64,000 bases of DNA from an uncultured Ilyobacter sp. GTDB lineage: Bacteria; Fusobacteriota; Fusobacteriia; Fusobacteriales; Fusobacteriaceae. Shown one piece after another: positions 1 through 12,109 of this stretch. A program made the position numbers and the translations under genes. Where the stretch lies: positions 496,719 through 560,718 of the forward strand of contig NZ_OY764863.2 in assembly GCF_963668515.2 (NCBI RefSeq), written 5' to 3'. The notes below the pieces were generated by a model. That model did no database searches, was not told the origin of the DNA, and saw only the letters and a program-made list of their open reading frames with translations. Each line of letters opens with the position of its first letter. Within the stretch, counting starts at the first letter, position 1.

Positions 1-699
1 GAAAAGAGAATTGAAATTGCCAAAGAAATACTAAAAGCCGCCTCATATAATATACACAGAAATTTGAGATATTATAAGGAGAGGGGAAGAAAGATCGGAG
101 ATAAGATAGAAGAGGTTGATTATTTCAGGCAGAGGATGGACAGTTGTCTAGACGTTCAGGAACTCATGGGTATAGAGGGGAACGTCAGGAGGGCTTACTA
201 TTCTGCATGGAATGATATAGTTAATCAGGAAATTAATTTTGAAAAAAGGGTAAAGAGACCCCCTGACAACATGATAAATACCCTCATATCTTTTGTTAAT
301 ACTTTGATTTATACTACGGTTTTAACCGAGCTTTATAAAACCCAGCTGAATCCAACTATAAGCTTTCTGCATGAGACAGGGACAAGACGATTTTCACTGA
401 GCCTTGATATTGCGGAAATTTTTAAACCACTTATAGGGGACAGACTTATATTTTCTCTTCTGAACAGGAATGAAATAAGTGAGAAAGATTTTGAAAAAGA
501 ATCAAATTTCTATTACCTAAAAGATAAGGGAAGACTCAAAATATTAAAGGAATATGATGAAAGGTTAAATGCTACGATAAATCATAAGGGCCTAAAGAGG
601 AAGGTTTCTTACAGGCATCTCATAAGACTTGAAGCTTATAAACTGATCAAGCACATAAACGGAGAAAAACCTTATAATGGGTTTAAAATATGGTGGTGA
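1..699 (+). CDS. cas1: CRISPR-associated endonuclease Cas1, type I-B-like (5' partial; starts before the window)
   Basis: Frame is open from base 1 (EKRIEIAKEILKAASYNIHRNLRYY...). Contains Cas1 motifs LMGIEG, RPPDNMINTLISF and DIAEIFKP, and the I-B-type C-terminus GFKIWW. Followed by cas2 and an array. Confidence 0.96.
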   Translation, partial: EKRIEIAKEILKAASYNIHRNLRYYKERGRKIGDKIEEVDYFRQRMDSCLDVQELMGIEGNVRRAYYSAWNDIVNQEINFEKRVKRPPDNMINTLISFVNTLIYTTVLTELYKTQLNPTISFLHETGTRRFSLSLDIAEIFKPLIGDRLIFSLLNRNEISEKDFEKESNFYYLKDKGRLKILKEYDERLNATINHKGLKRKVSYRHLIRLEAYKLIKHINGEKPYNGFKIWW

Positions 700-704
700 T
701 AATT

Positions 705-983
705 ATGTATATAATACTTGTTTATGATATTACGCTGGATAATGGTGGTCCGAAGGTTCTGAGAAATGTATTTAAGACTTGTAAAAGGTACCTTACACAT
801 ATCCAAAACTCGGTTTTTGAAGGGGAGATAAATAGAGCGAAACTTGAAAAACTGAGGGGGGAACTTGGAGATTACATAAGAAAGGATAAGGATTCAGTAA
901 TTGTATTTAAGAGTCGTCATCAGAGATGGCTGAATAAAGACTTTTGGGGTATAGAGGATGATAGCACTTCTAACTTTTTTTAG
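705..983 (+). CDS. cas2: CRISPR-associated endoribonuclease Cas2
   Basis: MYIILVYDI...YLTHIQNSVFEGE...DSVIVF matches the Cas2 pattern. Probable start is the ATG at 705; the ORF track starts at 690. Confidence 0.95.
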   Translation: MYIILVYDITLDNGGPKVLRNVFKTCKRYLTHIQNSVFEGEINRAKLEKLRGELGDYIRKDKDSVIVFKSRHQRWLNKDFWGIEDDSTSNFF

Positions 984-1170
984 TATGTCGACCGTACATA
1001 AAGAGGTTTTATTATTAAGTCGACATACTTACTTTAGAATAGAAAAATAAAGTTTTAAATGAAAAATTAATTATTATGGAGATATTCTATTTACAAAAAT
1101 TTTATGTTAAGATAAAGTCGACAGAAAAGGGACTTCTAACATAAAAATGCCAACTTCTCAAAAGAAAAGG
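984..1170 (+). promoter_or_regulatory. CRISPR leader
   Basis: AT-rich non-coding 187 bp between the cas2 stop and the first repeat. Contains three GTCGAC palindromes. Confidence 0.85.
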
Positions 1171-4100
1171 CTTTTAATAGAACCATAGTGGAATGTAAAT
1201 TTAGAATACTGACCATATGACATATCATTACATACCTTTTAATAGAACCATAGTGGAATGTAAATACATATGCGAAGATGAATAGAAAGCGTAGAAGTAA
1301 TCTTTTAATAGAACCATAGTGGAATGTAAATCAATATACATCTATATGCCTGCCCATAGATGTAAACTTTTAATAGAACCATAGTGGAATGTAAATCATA
1401 AGAAGAAGGCAAGAACGGATTGTCATCACACTTTTAATAGAACCATAGTGGAATGTAAATTTGTTTAGTTGATATTATTTTTCTCCAACAAACTCACTTT
1501 TAATAGAACCATAGTGGAATGTAAATGGAGACAGATTCATTGAAATCATATTTATTTATAAGCTTTTAATAGAACCATAGTGGAATGTAAATGTTTATAA
1601 TTCTGCTCATTTCTCCTGAAGAGAATCCTTTTAATAGAACCATAGTGGAATGTAAATTTTTCTATATAATTCCATGGCCCACTCACGATTTTTCCTTTTA
1701 ATAGAACCATAGTGGAATGTAAATCCAGCAAATAGGCGGGCTTGGACTTGTTTATTTCACTTTTAATAGAACCATAGTGGAATGTAAATTGTCTATGACT
1801 TACGGAACTCAGGTATACTTGACGGCTTTTAATAGAACCATAGTGGAATGTAAATACACTTAACAAACACTCGGTAGAAATGTTAGTTTTCTTTTAATAG
1901 AACCATAGTGGAATGTAAATGCAGATGACTACGACTTCTTCATAAGTATCAATCAACTTTTAATAGAACCATAGTGGAATGTAAATTGAGAATTTTCTGA
2001 TTCTCGTATACTTCGTCTATTCTTTTAATAGAACCATAGTGGAATGTAAATAAATTCAGAATAAAGCAAAATGAAATAGTACATACCTTTTAATAGAACC
2101 ATAGTGGAATGTAAATAAATTTATGTAAATCTCGTCTATTTTTGATAGATATCTTTTAATAGAACCATAGTGGAATGTAAATCGGTAACACCCCACCATT
2201 TTCCAGTTAGATGCTTGACTTTTAATAGAACCATAGTGGAATGTAAATCTGTATTAGCAGAAGTTTTAAAGCAAAATGTAGGGGGCTTTTAATAGAACCA
2301 TAGTGGAATGTAAATGGCTCAATAAAAAGCTGGAACTCTGGGGAATGTCACTTTTAATAGAACCATAGTGGAATGTAAATGACGAATAACCCCCTGGTCT
2401 ACTATCACGTATAACTAACTTTTAATAGAACCATAGTGGAATGTAAATCAGATTCTACATCTTGAAGTAGTCCGTATAATCCTACTTTTAATAGAACCAT
2501 AGTGGAATGTAAATTCATCTCGTATATGCCATCTTTTACCAGTACAGGCTCTTTTAATAGAACCATAGTGGAATGTAAATGCTCGTCATCTGAAAGATTA
2601 TCCACATCTATTTTATCTTTTAATAGAACCATAGTGGAATGTAAATTACTTTATCCACGATTATCCATATCTGCTCACTTATAGCTTTTAATAGAACCAT
2701 AGTGGAATGTAAATGTATTCTAGTTGAATTCTCGTCACTTGATGAAATTACTTTTAATAGAACCATAGTGGAATGTAAATTAAGCACTGTCATAGGAGAT
2801 ATAAGACCAGCAAGGGCTTTTAATAGAACCATAGTGGAATGTAAATCAGAAGGGATCTACTGAATGAAGATTTTATATGCGACCTTTTAATAGAACCATA
2901 GTGGAATGTAAATCTGTATTAGCAGAAGTTTTAAAGCAAAATGTAGGGGGACTTTTAATAGAACCATAGTGGAATGTAAATATATTAACACTTGAAAAAT
3001 TATGGAAAGACAATTTTACTTTTAATAGAACCATAGTGGAATGTAAATGGTCACAGGATAAAGGAGTGAATAAAAAGGCTGTAAACCTTTTAATAGAACC
3101 ATAGTGGAATGTAAATAGAATATTTCTCAAGCTCTTTTTCTATTTTATCAGTCTTTTAATAGAACCATAGTGGAATGTAAATGTGTGTCCAGATCCAAAT
3201 CAGGAAACATTAACCCACCTTTTAATAGAACCATAGTGGAATGTAAATGTAGGAGAGATCAAAGGCGGCAGACTTCGGAGAGGTCTTTTAATAGAACCAT
3301 AGTGGAATGTAAATCAGGTAAAAAAGTTTTATAAAAAAGGATATAACAACTTTTAATAGAACCATAGTGGAATGTAAATAGAGTTAAAAAAGCGTGATAT
3401 AATAACCTTTGAAGCGCTTTTAATAGAACCATAGTGGAATGTAAATCTGCTTGCTTCTGCGTCGGTTCTTTGGAATCCTTTTGCTTTTAATAGAACCATA
3501 GTGGAATGTAAATGTAGTAACCAGACTGTTTACTCCCCTTGCTACCTTACTTTTAATAGAACCATAGTGGAATGTAAATAAGGGTGCTCCTGTAGGAGAT
3601 CACGGCTTCACATCTGCTTTTAATAGAACCATAGTGGAATGTAAATGAGCATCAGAGAGCTTTGTATTTACTCTGATCTTACCTTTTAATAGAACCATAG
3701 TGGAATGTAAATTATATTGGAAGATATGGAAGGGGATAAACAGTTTCCTTTTAATAGAACCATAGTGGAATGTAAATGAAGTAGATTTAAGGTAAATCTT
3801 TTCCCTGGGATGTCTTTTAATAGAACCATAGTGGAATGTAAATCTGTTCAAAAGTACATCTGATGCATCTGTAACACCGCTTTTAATAGAACCATAGTGG
3901 AATGTAAATAATGAAGGAATTAAATGAAAATCCCGAAACTGCCGTTCTTTTAATAGAACCATAGTGGAATGTAAATAGTTATTTCTGAATTTGTCCTAAA
4001 ATCATCTATCCAACTTTTAATAGAACCATAGTGGAATGTAAATCACAGGCCAGGGCGGCCTCGTTAAGCTCCCTGTGTTCTTTTAATAGAACCATAGTGG

Positions 4101-7100
4101 AATGTAAATCCGCACAAGATCCATATACATTTATTTTTTCATTAGAGCTTTTAATAGAACCATAGTGGAATGTAAATTCCAATTACTCCTTTAGTTGATA
4201 TGATAGGTGGCGTTGCTACTTTTAATAGAACCATAGTGGAATGTAAATGGATACTTTTATGAAGTTGGATTAATATCTGATGACTTTTAATAGAACCATA
4301 GTGGAATGTAAATCCGCTTTGACCCATTATAATTGTACAACCTTTTTCTTTTAATAGAACCATAGTGGAATGTAAATATTAACAAGTTATATTAATGTTT
4401 TAATAATGCAACTTTTAATAGAACCATAGTGGAATGTAAATAATGGAAATATTTATGTATATCTAAAATTTCTTTAGCTTTTAATAGAACCATAGTGGAA
4501 TGTAAATAATACAAATGGAATTTCTTGCTTAAAATATCAGGAACTTTTAATAGAACCATAGTGGAATGTAAATAGCTTCAAACCCAACTATCAAAGATCT
4601 CGAAAAAACTTTTAATAGAACCATAGTGGAATGTAAATTGAGCCATAGTTCTATATCTAATTGGATGTGGTGCTACTTTTAATAGAACCATAGTGGAATG
4701 TAAATCAGATTGAAAAGACTAAAAGCGGGAATCGAAAACACTTTTAATAGAACCATAGTGGAATGTAAATAATACAAACCCATATGATGAAGCAGTAATG
4801 GATTTACTTTTAATAGAACCATAGTGGAATGTAAATTTATTAAGGAAAAAGGACTTTTGCAGGATGATGTTTTTCTTTTAATAGAACCATAGTGGAATGT
4901 AAATAAAGAATTAGTTAAGGTAGTTAATCAATTGTTAGTCTTTTAATAGAACCATAGTGGAATGTAAATAGAGTAAAAAGTTCTCATACAATTAAAGAAG
5001 TTGAAACTTTTAATAGAACCATAGTGGAATGTAAATAGTGTTTTAGGGTGTTAGAGGTTTAAAAAAGTTTGGCTTTTAATAGAACCATAGTGGAATGTAA
5101 ATAGCAATACAATAGAAATTTCAGATGAAATGATAATATCTTTTAATAGAACCATAGTGGAATGTAAATGATGGAACTATATACGACAGAAATAATAATA
5201 TGTCCTTTTAATAGAACCATAGTGGAATGTAAATTTTGTTCAATGTGGCGTAAAGAGAACCGCAGTAATCTTTTAATAGAACCATAGTGGAATGTAAATA
5301 GTGGTGCAAAATTAAATACTACTGATAATTCAGTTCTTTTAATAGAACCATAGTGGAATGTAAATAAGATCAACAAAGCCTTTCCAGTAACCTATGTACT
5401 CGCTTTTAATAGAACCATAGTGGAATGTAAATAAGGCAAAACCTAAAAGTCTAAGACAGAAAAAAAAACTTTTAATAGAACCATAGTGGAATGTAAATCG
5501 AAGAGGTAAACAACGCTGCTGCCACCTTTACAAACTTTTAATAGAACCATAGTGGAATGTAAATTTTTATTTTTCAGATCGTGTAAATGTGTTTTATCAC
5601 TTTTAATAGAACCATAGTGGAATGTAAATGATGGAACTATATACGACAGAAATAATAATATGTCCTTTTAATAGAACCATAGTGGAATGTAAATTTTGTT
5701 CAATGTGGCGTAAAGAGAACCGCAGTAATCTTTTAATAGAACCATAGTGGAATGTAAATAGTGGTGCAAAATTAAATACTACTGATAATTCAGTTCTTTT
5801 AATAGAACCATAGTGGAATGTAAATAAGATCAACAAAGCCTTTCCAGTAACCTATGTACTCGCTTTTAATAGAACCATAGTGGAATGTAAATAAGGCAAA
5901 ACCTAAAAGTCTAAGACAGAAAAAAAAACTTTTAATAGAACCATAGTGGAATGTAAATCGAAGAGGTAAACAACGCTGCTGCCACCTTTACAAACTTTTA
6001 ATAGAACCATAGTGGAATGTAAATTTTTATTTTTCAGATCGTGTAAATGTGTTTTATCACTTTTAATAGAACCATAGTGGAATGTAAATAAAAATGAATT
6101 TGTTATAAGCCAAGAAATTGATCCTGACTTTTAATAGAACCATAGTGGAATGTAAATGGCGACATTAGCAACACTATCACGCCTACTGAAAGCTTTTAAT
6201 AGAACCATAGTGGAATGTAAATCATCCAGCAGAGCATACCTGTTTCTACAGTTATAGACTTTTAATAGAACCATAGTGGAATGTAAATTACAGGGGACTT
6301 GCCTACACTAGACGAATTAAATGCTCTTTTAATAGAACCATAGTGGAATGTAAATGGGGCAGTGTTACTACAAGTGGGTCATTGAGTGAGTCCTTTTAAT
6401 AGAACCATAGTGGAATGTAAATTTGGAAGAGGCTACGTCCTTGAAAGCCGGTGATTATGCTTTTAATAGAACCATAGTGGAATGTAAATCTAACTGCAAG
6501 ACATATTCCGACATTCTCACTTTCACTTTTAATAGAACCATAGTGGAATGTAAATATATAACTCCAGTAACATTCTCTCCCCATTTATCATACTTTTAAT
6601 AGAACCATAGTGGAATGTAAATGCAGTTAAAGTTTCGCCGGTATAAAGATCATAGATCCTTTTAATAGAACCATAGTGGAATGTAAATGCTATCATCTTA
6701 GGGAGCATAAGGTTTCTTTCTTTTCCTTTTAATAGAACCATAGTGGAATGTAAATTTTTTTAATTTAGATATAATTTTGGACACTGCTTGCTTTTAATAG
6801 AACCATAGTGGAATGTAAATACGAGAGCTTCAAGAGAGAGGTCCCTTTGGTATTTAACTTTTAATAGAACCATAGTGGAATGTAAATATTGAAAATTTAG
6901 ATGTTGACTTAACTTCTGTTGAAACTTTTAATAGAACCATAGTGGAATGTAAATCCCTATTAGTTCAGGGGATAGGGTTTATAATATGGCCTTTTAATAG
7001 AACCATAGTGGAATGTAAATCTCAGTTTCTATGTTATCCGAAGCTATCTTATAGGACTTTTAATAGAACCATAGTGGAATGTAAATAATGATTTAAAAAA

Positions 7101-10100
7101 TGCTCTAAAATCTTATACTGATCTTTTAATAGAACCATAGTGGAATGTAAATAAGCTAAACTTCTAGCAAGAGGGTATGTTGACTTGAACTTTTAATAGA
7201 ACCATAGTGGAATGTAAATGCTGTTAAGTCTGCTAAAAGTCGTATTAGATACTATCTTTTAATAGAACCATAGTGGAATGTAAATTGTTGGATAAGATCT
7301 ATCATAACTTCATCACAATAGACTTTTAATAGAACCATAGTGGAATGTAAATAAAAGAATGTAGAACGTGCAATAGCTACCAACGGTACTTTTAATAGAA
7401 CCATAGTGGAATGTAAATGTCAAAAGTACAAATTCATTCTCATCTGAAGAATCAACTTTTAATAGAACCATAGTGGAATGTAAATTTGGTAGATTTATTC
7501 GTTAAATCCATTTTTAAAATGTACTTTTAATAGAACCATAGTGGAATGTAAATGAGGTTATCCTCAAGCCTGGACAGGTTACAGATATTCCTTTTAATAG
7601 AACCATAGTGGAATGTAAATTTCATCGTAAGAAAAGAACTTATTGAGAGATATGGAGCTTTTAATAGAACCATAGTGGAATGTAAATAGAGAACTACAAC
7701 ATACAACCAGTGCGAAAGACTTCTTTTAATAGAACCATAGTGGAATGTAAATTCTGCTGTTGAGTTTACAATAAGGATACTTCCCTTCTTTTAATAGAAC
7801 CATAGTGGAATGTAAATGATACAAGCAAGATGCACTTTCTAAGAAACATATGTCTTTTAATAGAACCATAGTGGAATGTAAATAAGGCTCTTATCCTGAC
7901 TACACAGGTAAAAAAGGACTTTTAATAGAACCATAGTGGAATGTAAATGATGTGATGAAAGCGCTTTGTTTATATAATAGCGGGACTTTTAATAGAACCA
8001 TAGTGGAATGTAAATTTCGGCATTTGTCATAAGGTGCCACCCTTCCCCTTTGCTTTTAATAGAACCATAGTGGAATGTAAATTTGTATGAAAAAAATTAG
8101 ATAGGGGGTTTTAAAAACTTTTAATAGAACCATAGTGGAATGTAAATGTTATACTGAAACTTCTCGTTCTTTAGCTTTTGCGACTTTTAATAGAACCATA
8201 GTGGAATGTAAATGGATTTACAAGCAGCTAAGAGAGCAAACGACACTGTCCTTTTAATAGAACCATAGTGGAATGTAAATGGATTTACAAGCAGCTAAGA
8301 GAGCAAACGACACTGTCCTTTTAATAGAACCATAGTGGAATGTAAATAATGTAATGCAAATTGTGAATACTGTTATCAAAAGGCTTTTAATAGAACCATA
8401 GTGGAATGTAAATTAGGAAAGAGGGTGGCCCCTGTAAAACTTCACATGCCTTTTAATAGAACCATAGTGGAATGTAAATTCTGTTATGTGATAGCAATTA
8501 CCACGGCTTCCCGTCTTTTAATAGAACCATAGTGGAATGTAAATTGATTTGTGACTTCATAAGAATCTCTGGATATTTTTCCTTTTAATAGAACCATAGT
8601 GGAATGTAAATACATGATGCGTATAGAATTTCATAGGATCAAACTTCTTTTAATAGAACCATAGTGGAATGTAAATTCAAAAATTTGAAAGTTGGCTTGA
8701 ATTGTGGGTTGACTTTTAATAGAACCATAGTGGAATGTAAATGCTTCTTGGAGTCATGATGGGACCGATTATGGAGTTTTCTTTTAATAGAACCATAGTG
8801 GAATGTAAATTATTTTCAAGATACGAAGATGTCGAAAATAACTCCAACTTTTAATAGAACCATAGTGGAATGTAAATCGGATTGGCAAGACTTTGTGGAC
8901 ACTGAGTCTCTAGACTTTTAATAGAACCATAGTGGAATGTAAATAGGCTAAGAGAGATAAAAGAACGTGTAGACAAAATCACTTTTAATAGAACCATAGT
9001 GGAATGTAAATAAGATTTTAGTGAATTCACTCTTAAGGAATACCTAGCTTTTAATAGAACCATAGTGGAATGTAAATGAAGTTATACAGACGGATGGCTT
9101 TATGTGGATTTTCTCACTTTTAATAGAACCATAGTGGAATGTAAATGTTTTTAAGGCTAATGCTTTAGTAGAATCAGAAGAAACTTTTAATAGAACCATA
9201 GTGGAATGTAAATGGAAGTTATAAGTGCTCTACAAATACAATAGCTGGATCTTTTAATAGAACCATAGTGGAATGTAAATCAGATAAAGGTAACTATTTC
9301 AAGCTAGTTATAAGCGGCTTTTAATAGAACCATAGTGGAATGTAAATTCGATTTCTTCTGTTGCTACAAGCCTCATTTTTTTTATCTTTTAATAGAACCA
9401 TAGTGGAATGTAAATGGATAAGAATCTGTTACGTTCCTTGAAGTGCTTGCCCCTTTTAATAGAACCATAGTGGAATGTAAATACAAGAACATCAGAATAT
9501 TCAGTCACAAGCATATAACTTTTAATAGAACCATAGTGGAATGTAAATCAAGATTTGTCAAATGTTCCACAAGATTATACTCAAACTTTTAATAGAACCA
9601 TAGTGGAATGTAAATTATTCTAGCTGCGATCACGCACAGGAGAGCTGAGGTCCTTTTAATAGAACCATAGTGGAATGTAAATGTAGTTTTCATTCATTAT
9701 CCTCCTAGTATATCTTTGACTTTTAATAGAACCATAGTGGAATGTAAATCCAGATGATCCAGAACCCAAAGGGGAAACAGATGAAGCTTTTAATAGAACC
9801 ATAGTGGAATGTAAATACGGGAAACAGATGATAGATCTCTGGTCAAGTATAGCTTTTAATAGAACCATAGTGGAATGTAAATCGAGCTCTCCCTGGCTTT
9901 ACAGAGATATGTGAACAACTTTTAATAGAACCATAGTGGAATGTAAATCTTATACTACCGATGGTAAAGAGATAGATTCTATAGCTTTTAATAGAACCAT
10001 AGTGGAATGTAAATGTTGGAACTAGAATATTGGATGCAATAGATATGACCTTTTAATAGAACCATAGTGGAATGTAAATTTCATGTAGACGGTTTACAAA

Positions 10101-10855
10101 AATCAGAGATACCAACTTTTAATAGAACCATAGTGGAATGTAAATGTAGGAGTTGGAAGGGATTATTCAAACAACTAGAAGCTTTTAATAGAACCATAGT
10201 GGAATGTAAATGAATTAGAGGGTATTAAAGATATATTAGATTCAATCTTTTAATAGAACCATAGTGGAATGTAAATAGCTCCTGTAAAATGGAGAAGGTT
10301 CAACGACTATCGAACTTTTAATAGAACCATAGTGGAATGTAAATTGACTCTCTCGATCTGTTGGAAAGGTACTGTGAATACTTTTAATAGAACCATAGTG
10401 GAATGTAAATTACCATTATAAGAGCCATTAAAACCACTCTCAATATAACTTTTAATAGAACCATAGTGGAATGTAAATCTGGAAAATACGCTTCTGTTGA
10501 TGCGAATCAAACATTCCTTTTAATAGAACCATAGTGGAATGTAAATGTTTTTTTATTAGTTACTATTTCATTAACTAATTTATCTTTTAATAGAACCATA
10601 GTGGAATGTAAATAAAGGTGGAAAAAATATCCATAAAATTCTAGGTATAGCTTTTAATAGAACCATAGTGGAATGTAAATAGTGAAGCATACACTACTTT
10701 TTTTCCTAAATTTTATCCTTTTAATAGAACCATAGTGGAATGTAAATAGAAATAACAAAGAAATTAAAGAATAAAATAGGGCAACTTTTAATAGAACCAT
10801 AGTGGAATGTAAATTAGGAAGAAAGTGGAAGAACAGTTTGATGTATTAAAGCTTT
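1171..10855 (+). CRISPR. Type I-B CRISPR array; repeat CTTTTAATAGAACCATAGTGGAATGTAAAT (30 bp); about 146 intact repeats and about 146 spacers of 34-41 nt
   Basis: Identical repeats from 1171-1200 to 10785-10814 (manual count 146, +/-2), then a last spacer and CTTT cut by an IS. The + orientation is inferred from leader position and the ATGTAAAT 3' handle typical of clostridial I-B repeats. Confidence 0.99.
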
Positions 10856-10925
10856 TGGTGTTATGATGGTTTAGTAGACAGTTTAGCACTCAAAAATATA
10901 TAATAAAAAATAAATATATTTAGGA

Positions 10926-11225
10926 GTGGCTAAGATGGAAGAAAAAAGAAAATATGCAAGATTTTCAGAGGAGAAACAGAAGCAAATTTCTGAGCTTTCT
11001 TTCCTTAAAATAAAAACAAAGGTAGAGCTATCAAAGGAATACGGTATTACCACTAATACTGTTGCTGCTTGGGAGAAGAAATACTTTGGAGGTCCTAAAG
11101 AGGACATGGAGTTAAGCTCTCAAGACAAAGAAATTATCAGACTGAAAAAGCTCCTTAAGGAAAAAGAAGAGGATATAGAAATCTTAAAAAAGGCTACAGC
11201 CATATTCTCAAGGAAAAAAAGATAA
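10926..11225 (+). CDS. IS3 transposase OrfA (HTH)
   Basis: 99 aa with an HTH-like segment and leucine-zipper-like tail (EIIRLKKLLKEKEEDIEILKKATAIF). Confidence 0.9.
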   Translation: MAKMEEKRKYARFSEEKQKQISELSFLKIKTKVELSKEYGITTNTVAAWEKKYFGGPKEDMELSSQDKEIIRLKKLLKEKEEDIEILKKATAIFSRKKR

Positions 11226-12109
11226 CTAAGAGGGAACTCTTTATCTTCGTTGAAATACACAGAGATGTTCATTCTATATCTCAGATATGTAGAGCCCTAG
11301 AAGTCTCTCGAAATGGTTTTAATAAGTTTCAGAATAACAAAACTACTGAGAGAAAGAAAAAGGATCAAGGGATTCTAGATAGTATTCTAGAGGTCAGAAA
11401 GAACAGACATAAGAGGAGCTATGGAGCCCCTAGACTAAAGGTTGAGCTCAAAGATGAATATGGCATAATAACAAGCGAAAGACGAATAAATAGAATAATG
11501 AAAGAAAATGATATATCAGTTAATTCTACCAAGAAGTTTAAAACAGGAAAGGAAATGAGTAAAAGAGAAAATATCACAGGAAATATTGTAAAAAGAAAAT
11601 TCAAGGTAGGTAGAAAAAATGAGGTCTGGGTTACAGATATCACATATATTTGGACAAGCGAAGGTTGGCTATATTTAAGCACAATTATGGATCTTTTTTC
11701 TAGAAGGATTATCGCCTACGATATAGGTAAGCGCATGACTAGTGAGTTAGTAATAGATACTTTAACAAGGTCATTTTTACTGGAGGAACCAGAGGAAGAA
11801 CTGATAGTTCATAGTGATCAAGGATCGCAATATTCGAGTAGGGAGTACTCTAACCTTGTAAAGAAGCTAGGATTAATCCAATCTATGAGTAGACGTGGGA
11901 ACTGTTATGATAATGCAGTAATAGAATCCTTTCATGCTTCTTTGAAGAAAGAGATGGTTTATGTAGAAGGTTTAGTAACTAAAAGGTATATGAAGGCAAT
12001 GGTATTTGATTACATAGAATTTTATAATAAAGAGAGGAGACACAGTTTCTTAGGAAATATCTCCCCTGTTGAATTTGAAAAAATACAGAAAAAATTGGTG
12101 TTAGGTTGA
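11213..12109 (+). CDS. IS3 transposase OrfB (DDE/rve), expressed by -1 frameshift
   Basis: The -1 frame is open from the slip site through SYGAPRL to WVTDITY, HSDQGSQY and CYDNAVIESF (IS3 DDE motifs). Confidence 0.92.
   Translation, partial: EKKITKRELFIFVEIHRDVHSISQICRALEVSRNGFNKFQNNKTTERKKKDQGILDSILEVRKNRHKRSYGAPRLKVELKDEYGIITSERRINRIMKENDISVNSTKKFKTGKEMSKRENITGNIVKRKFKVGRKNEVWVTDITYIWTSEGWLYLSTIMDLFSRRIIAYDIGKRMTSELVIDTLTRSFLLEEPEEELIVHSDQGSQYSSREYSNLVKKLGLIQSMSRRGNCYDNAVIESFHASLKKEMVYVEGLVTKRYMKAMVFDYIEFYNKERRHSFLGNISPVEFEKIQKKLVLG
11214..11245 (+). other. Programmed -1 frameshift site (A AAA AAG) with downstream stem-loop
   Basis: A7G at 11214-11221 at the end of orfA, followed by the hairpin AAGAG-GGAA-CTCTT. 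OrfB lies in the -1 frame. Confidence 0.8.

Noticed and set aside
9750-9852. Adjacent spacers share GGGAAACAGATGA (13 nt)
   Set aside because: Flanks differ on both sides, so they are not overlapping protospacers. Probably chance or a repeated target motif.
1552-10510. Many short ORFs containing MVLLK / FTFHYGSIK / HLHSTMVLL
   Set aside because: They are translations of the CRISPR repeat, not genes.
1171-10855. Self-targeting spacers matching genes in this window
   Set aside because: None found by eye. The spacer reading ...GWLYV... only resembles the IS3 motif at protein level. A full alignment is needed to exclude matches.
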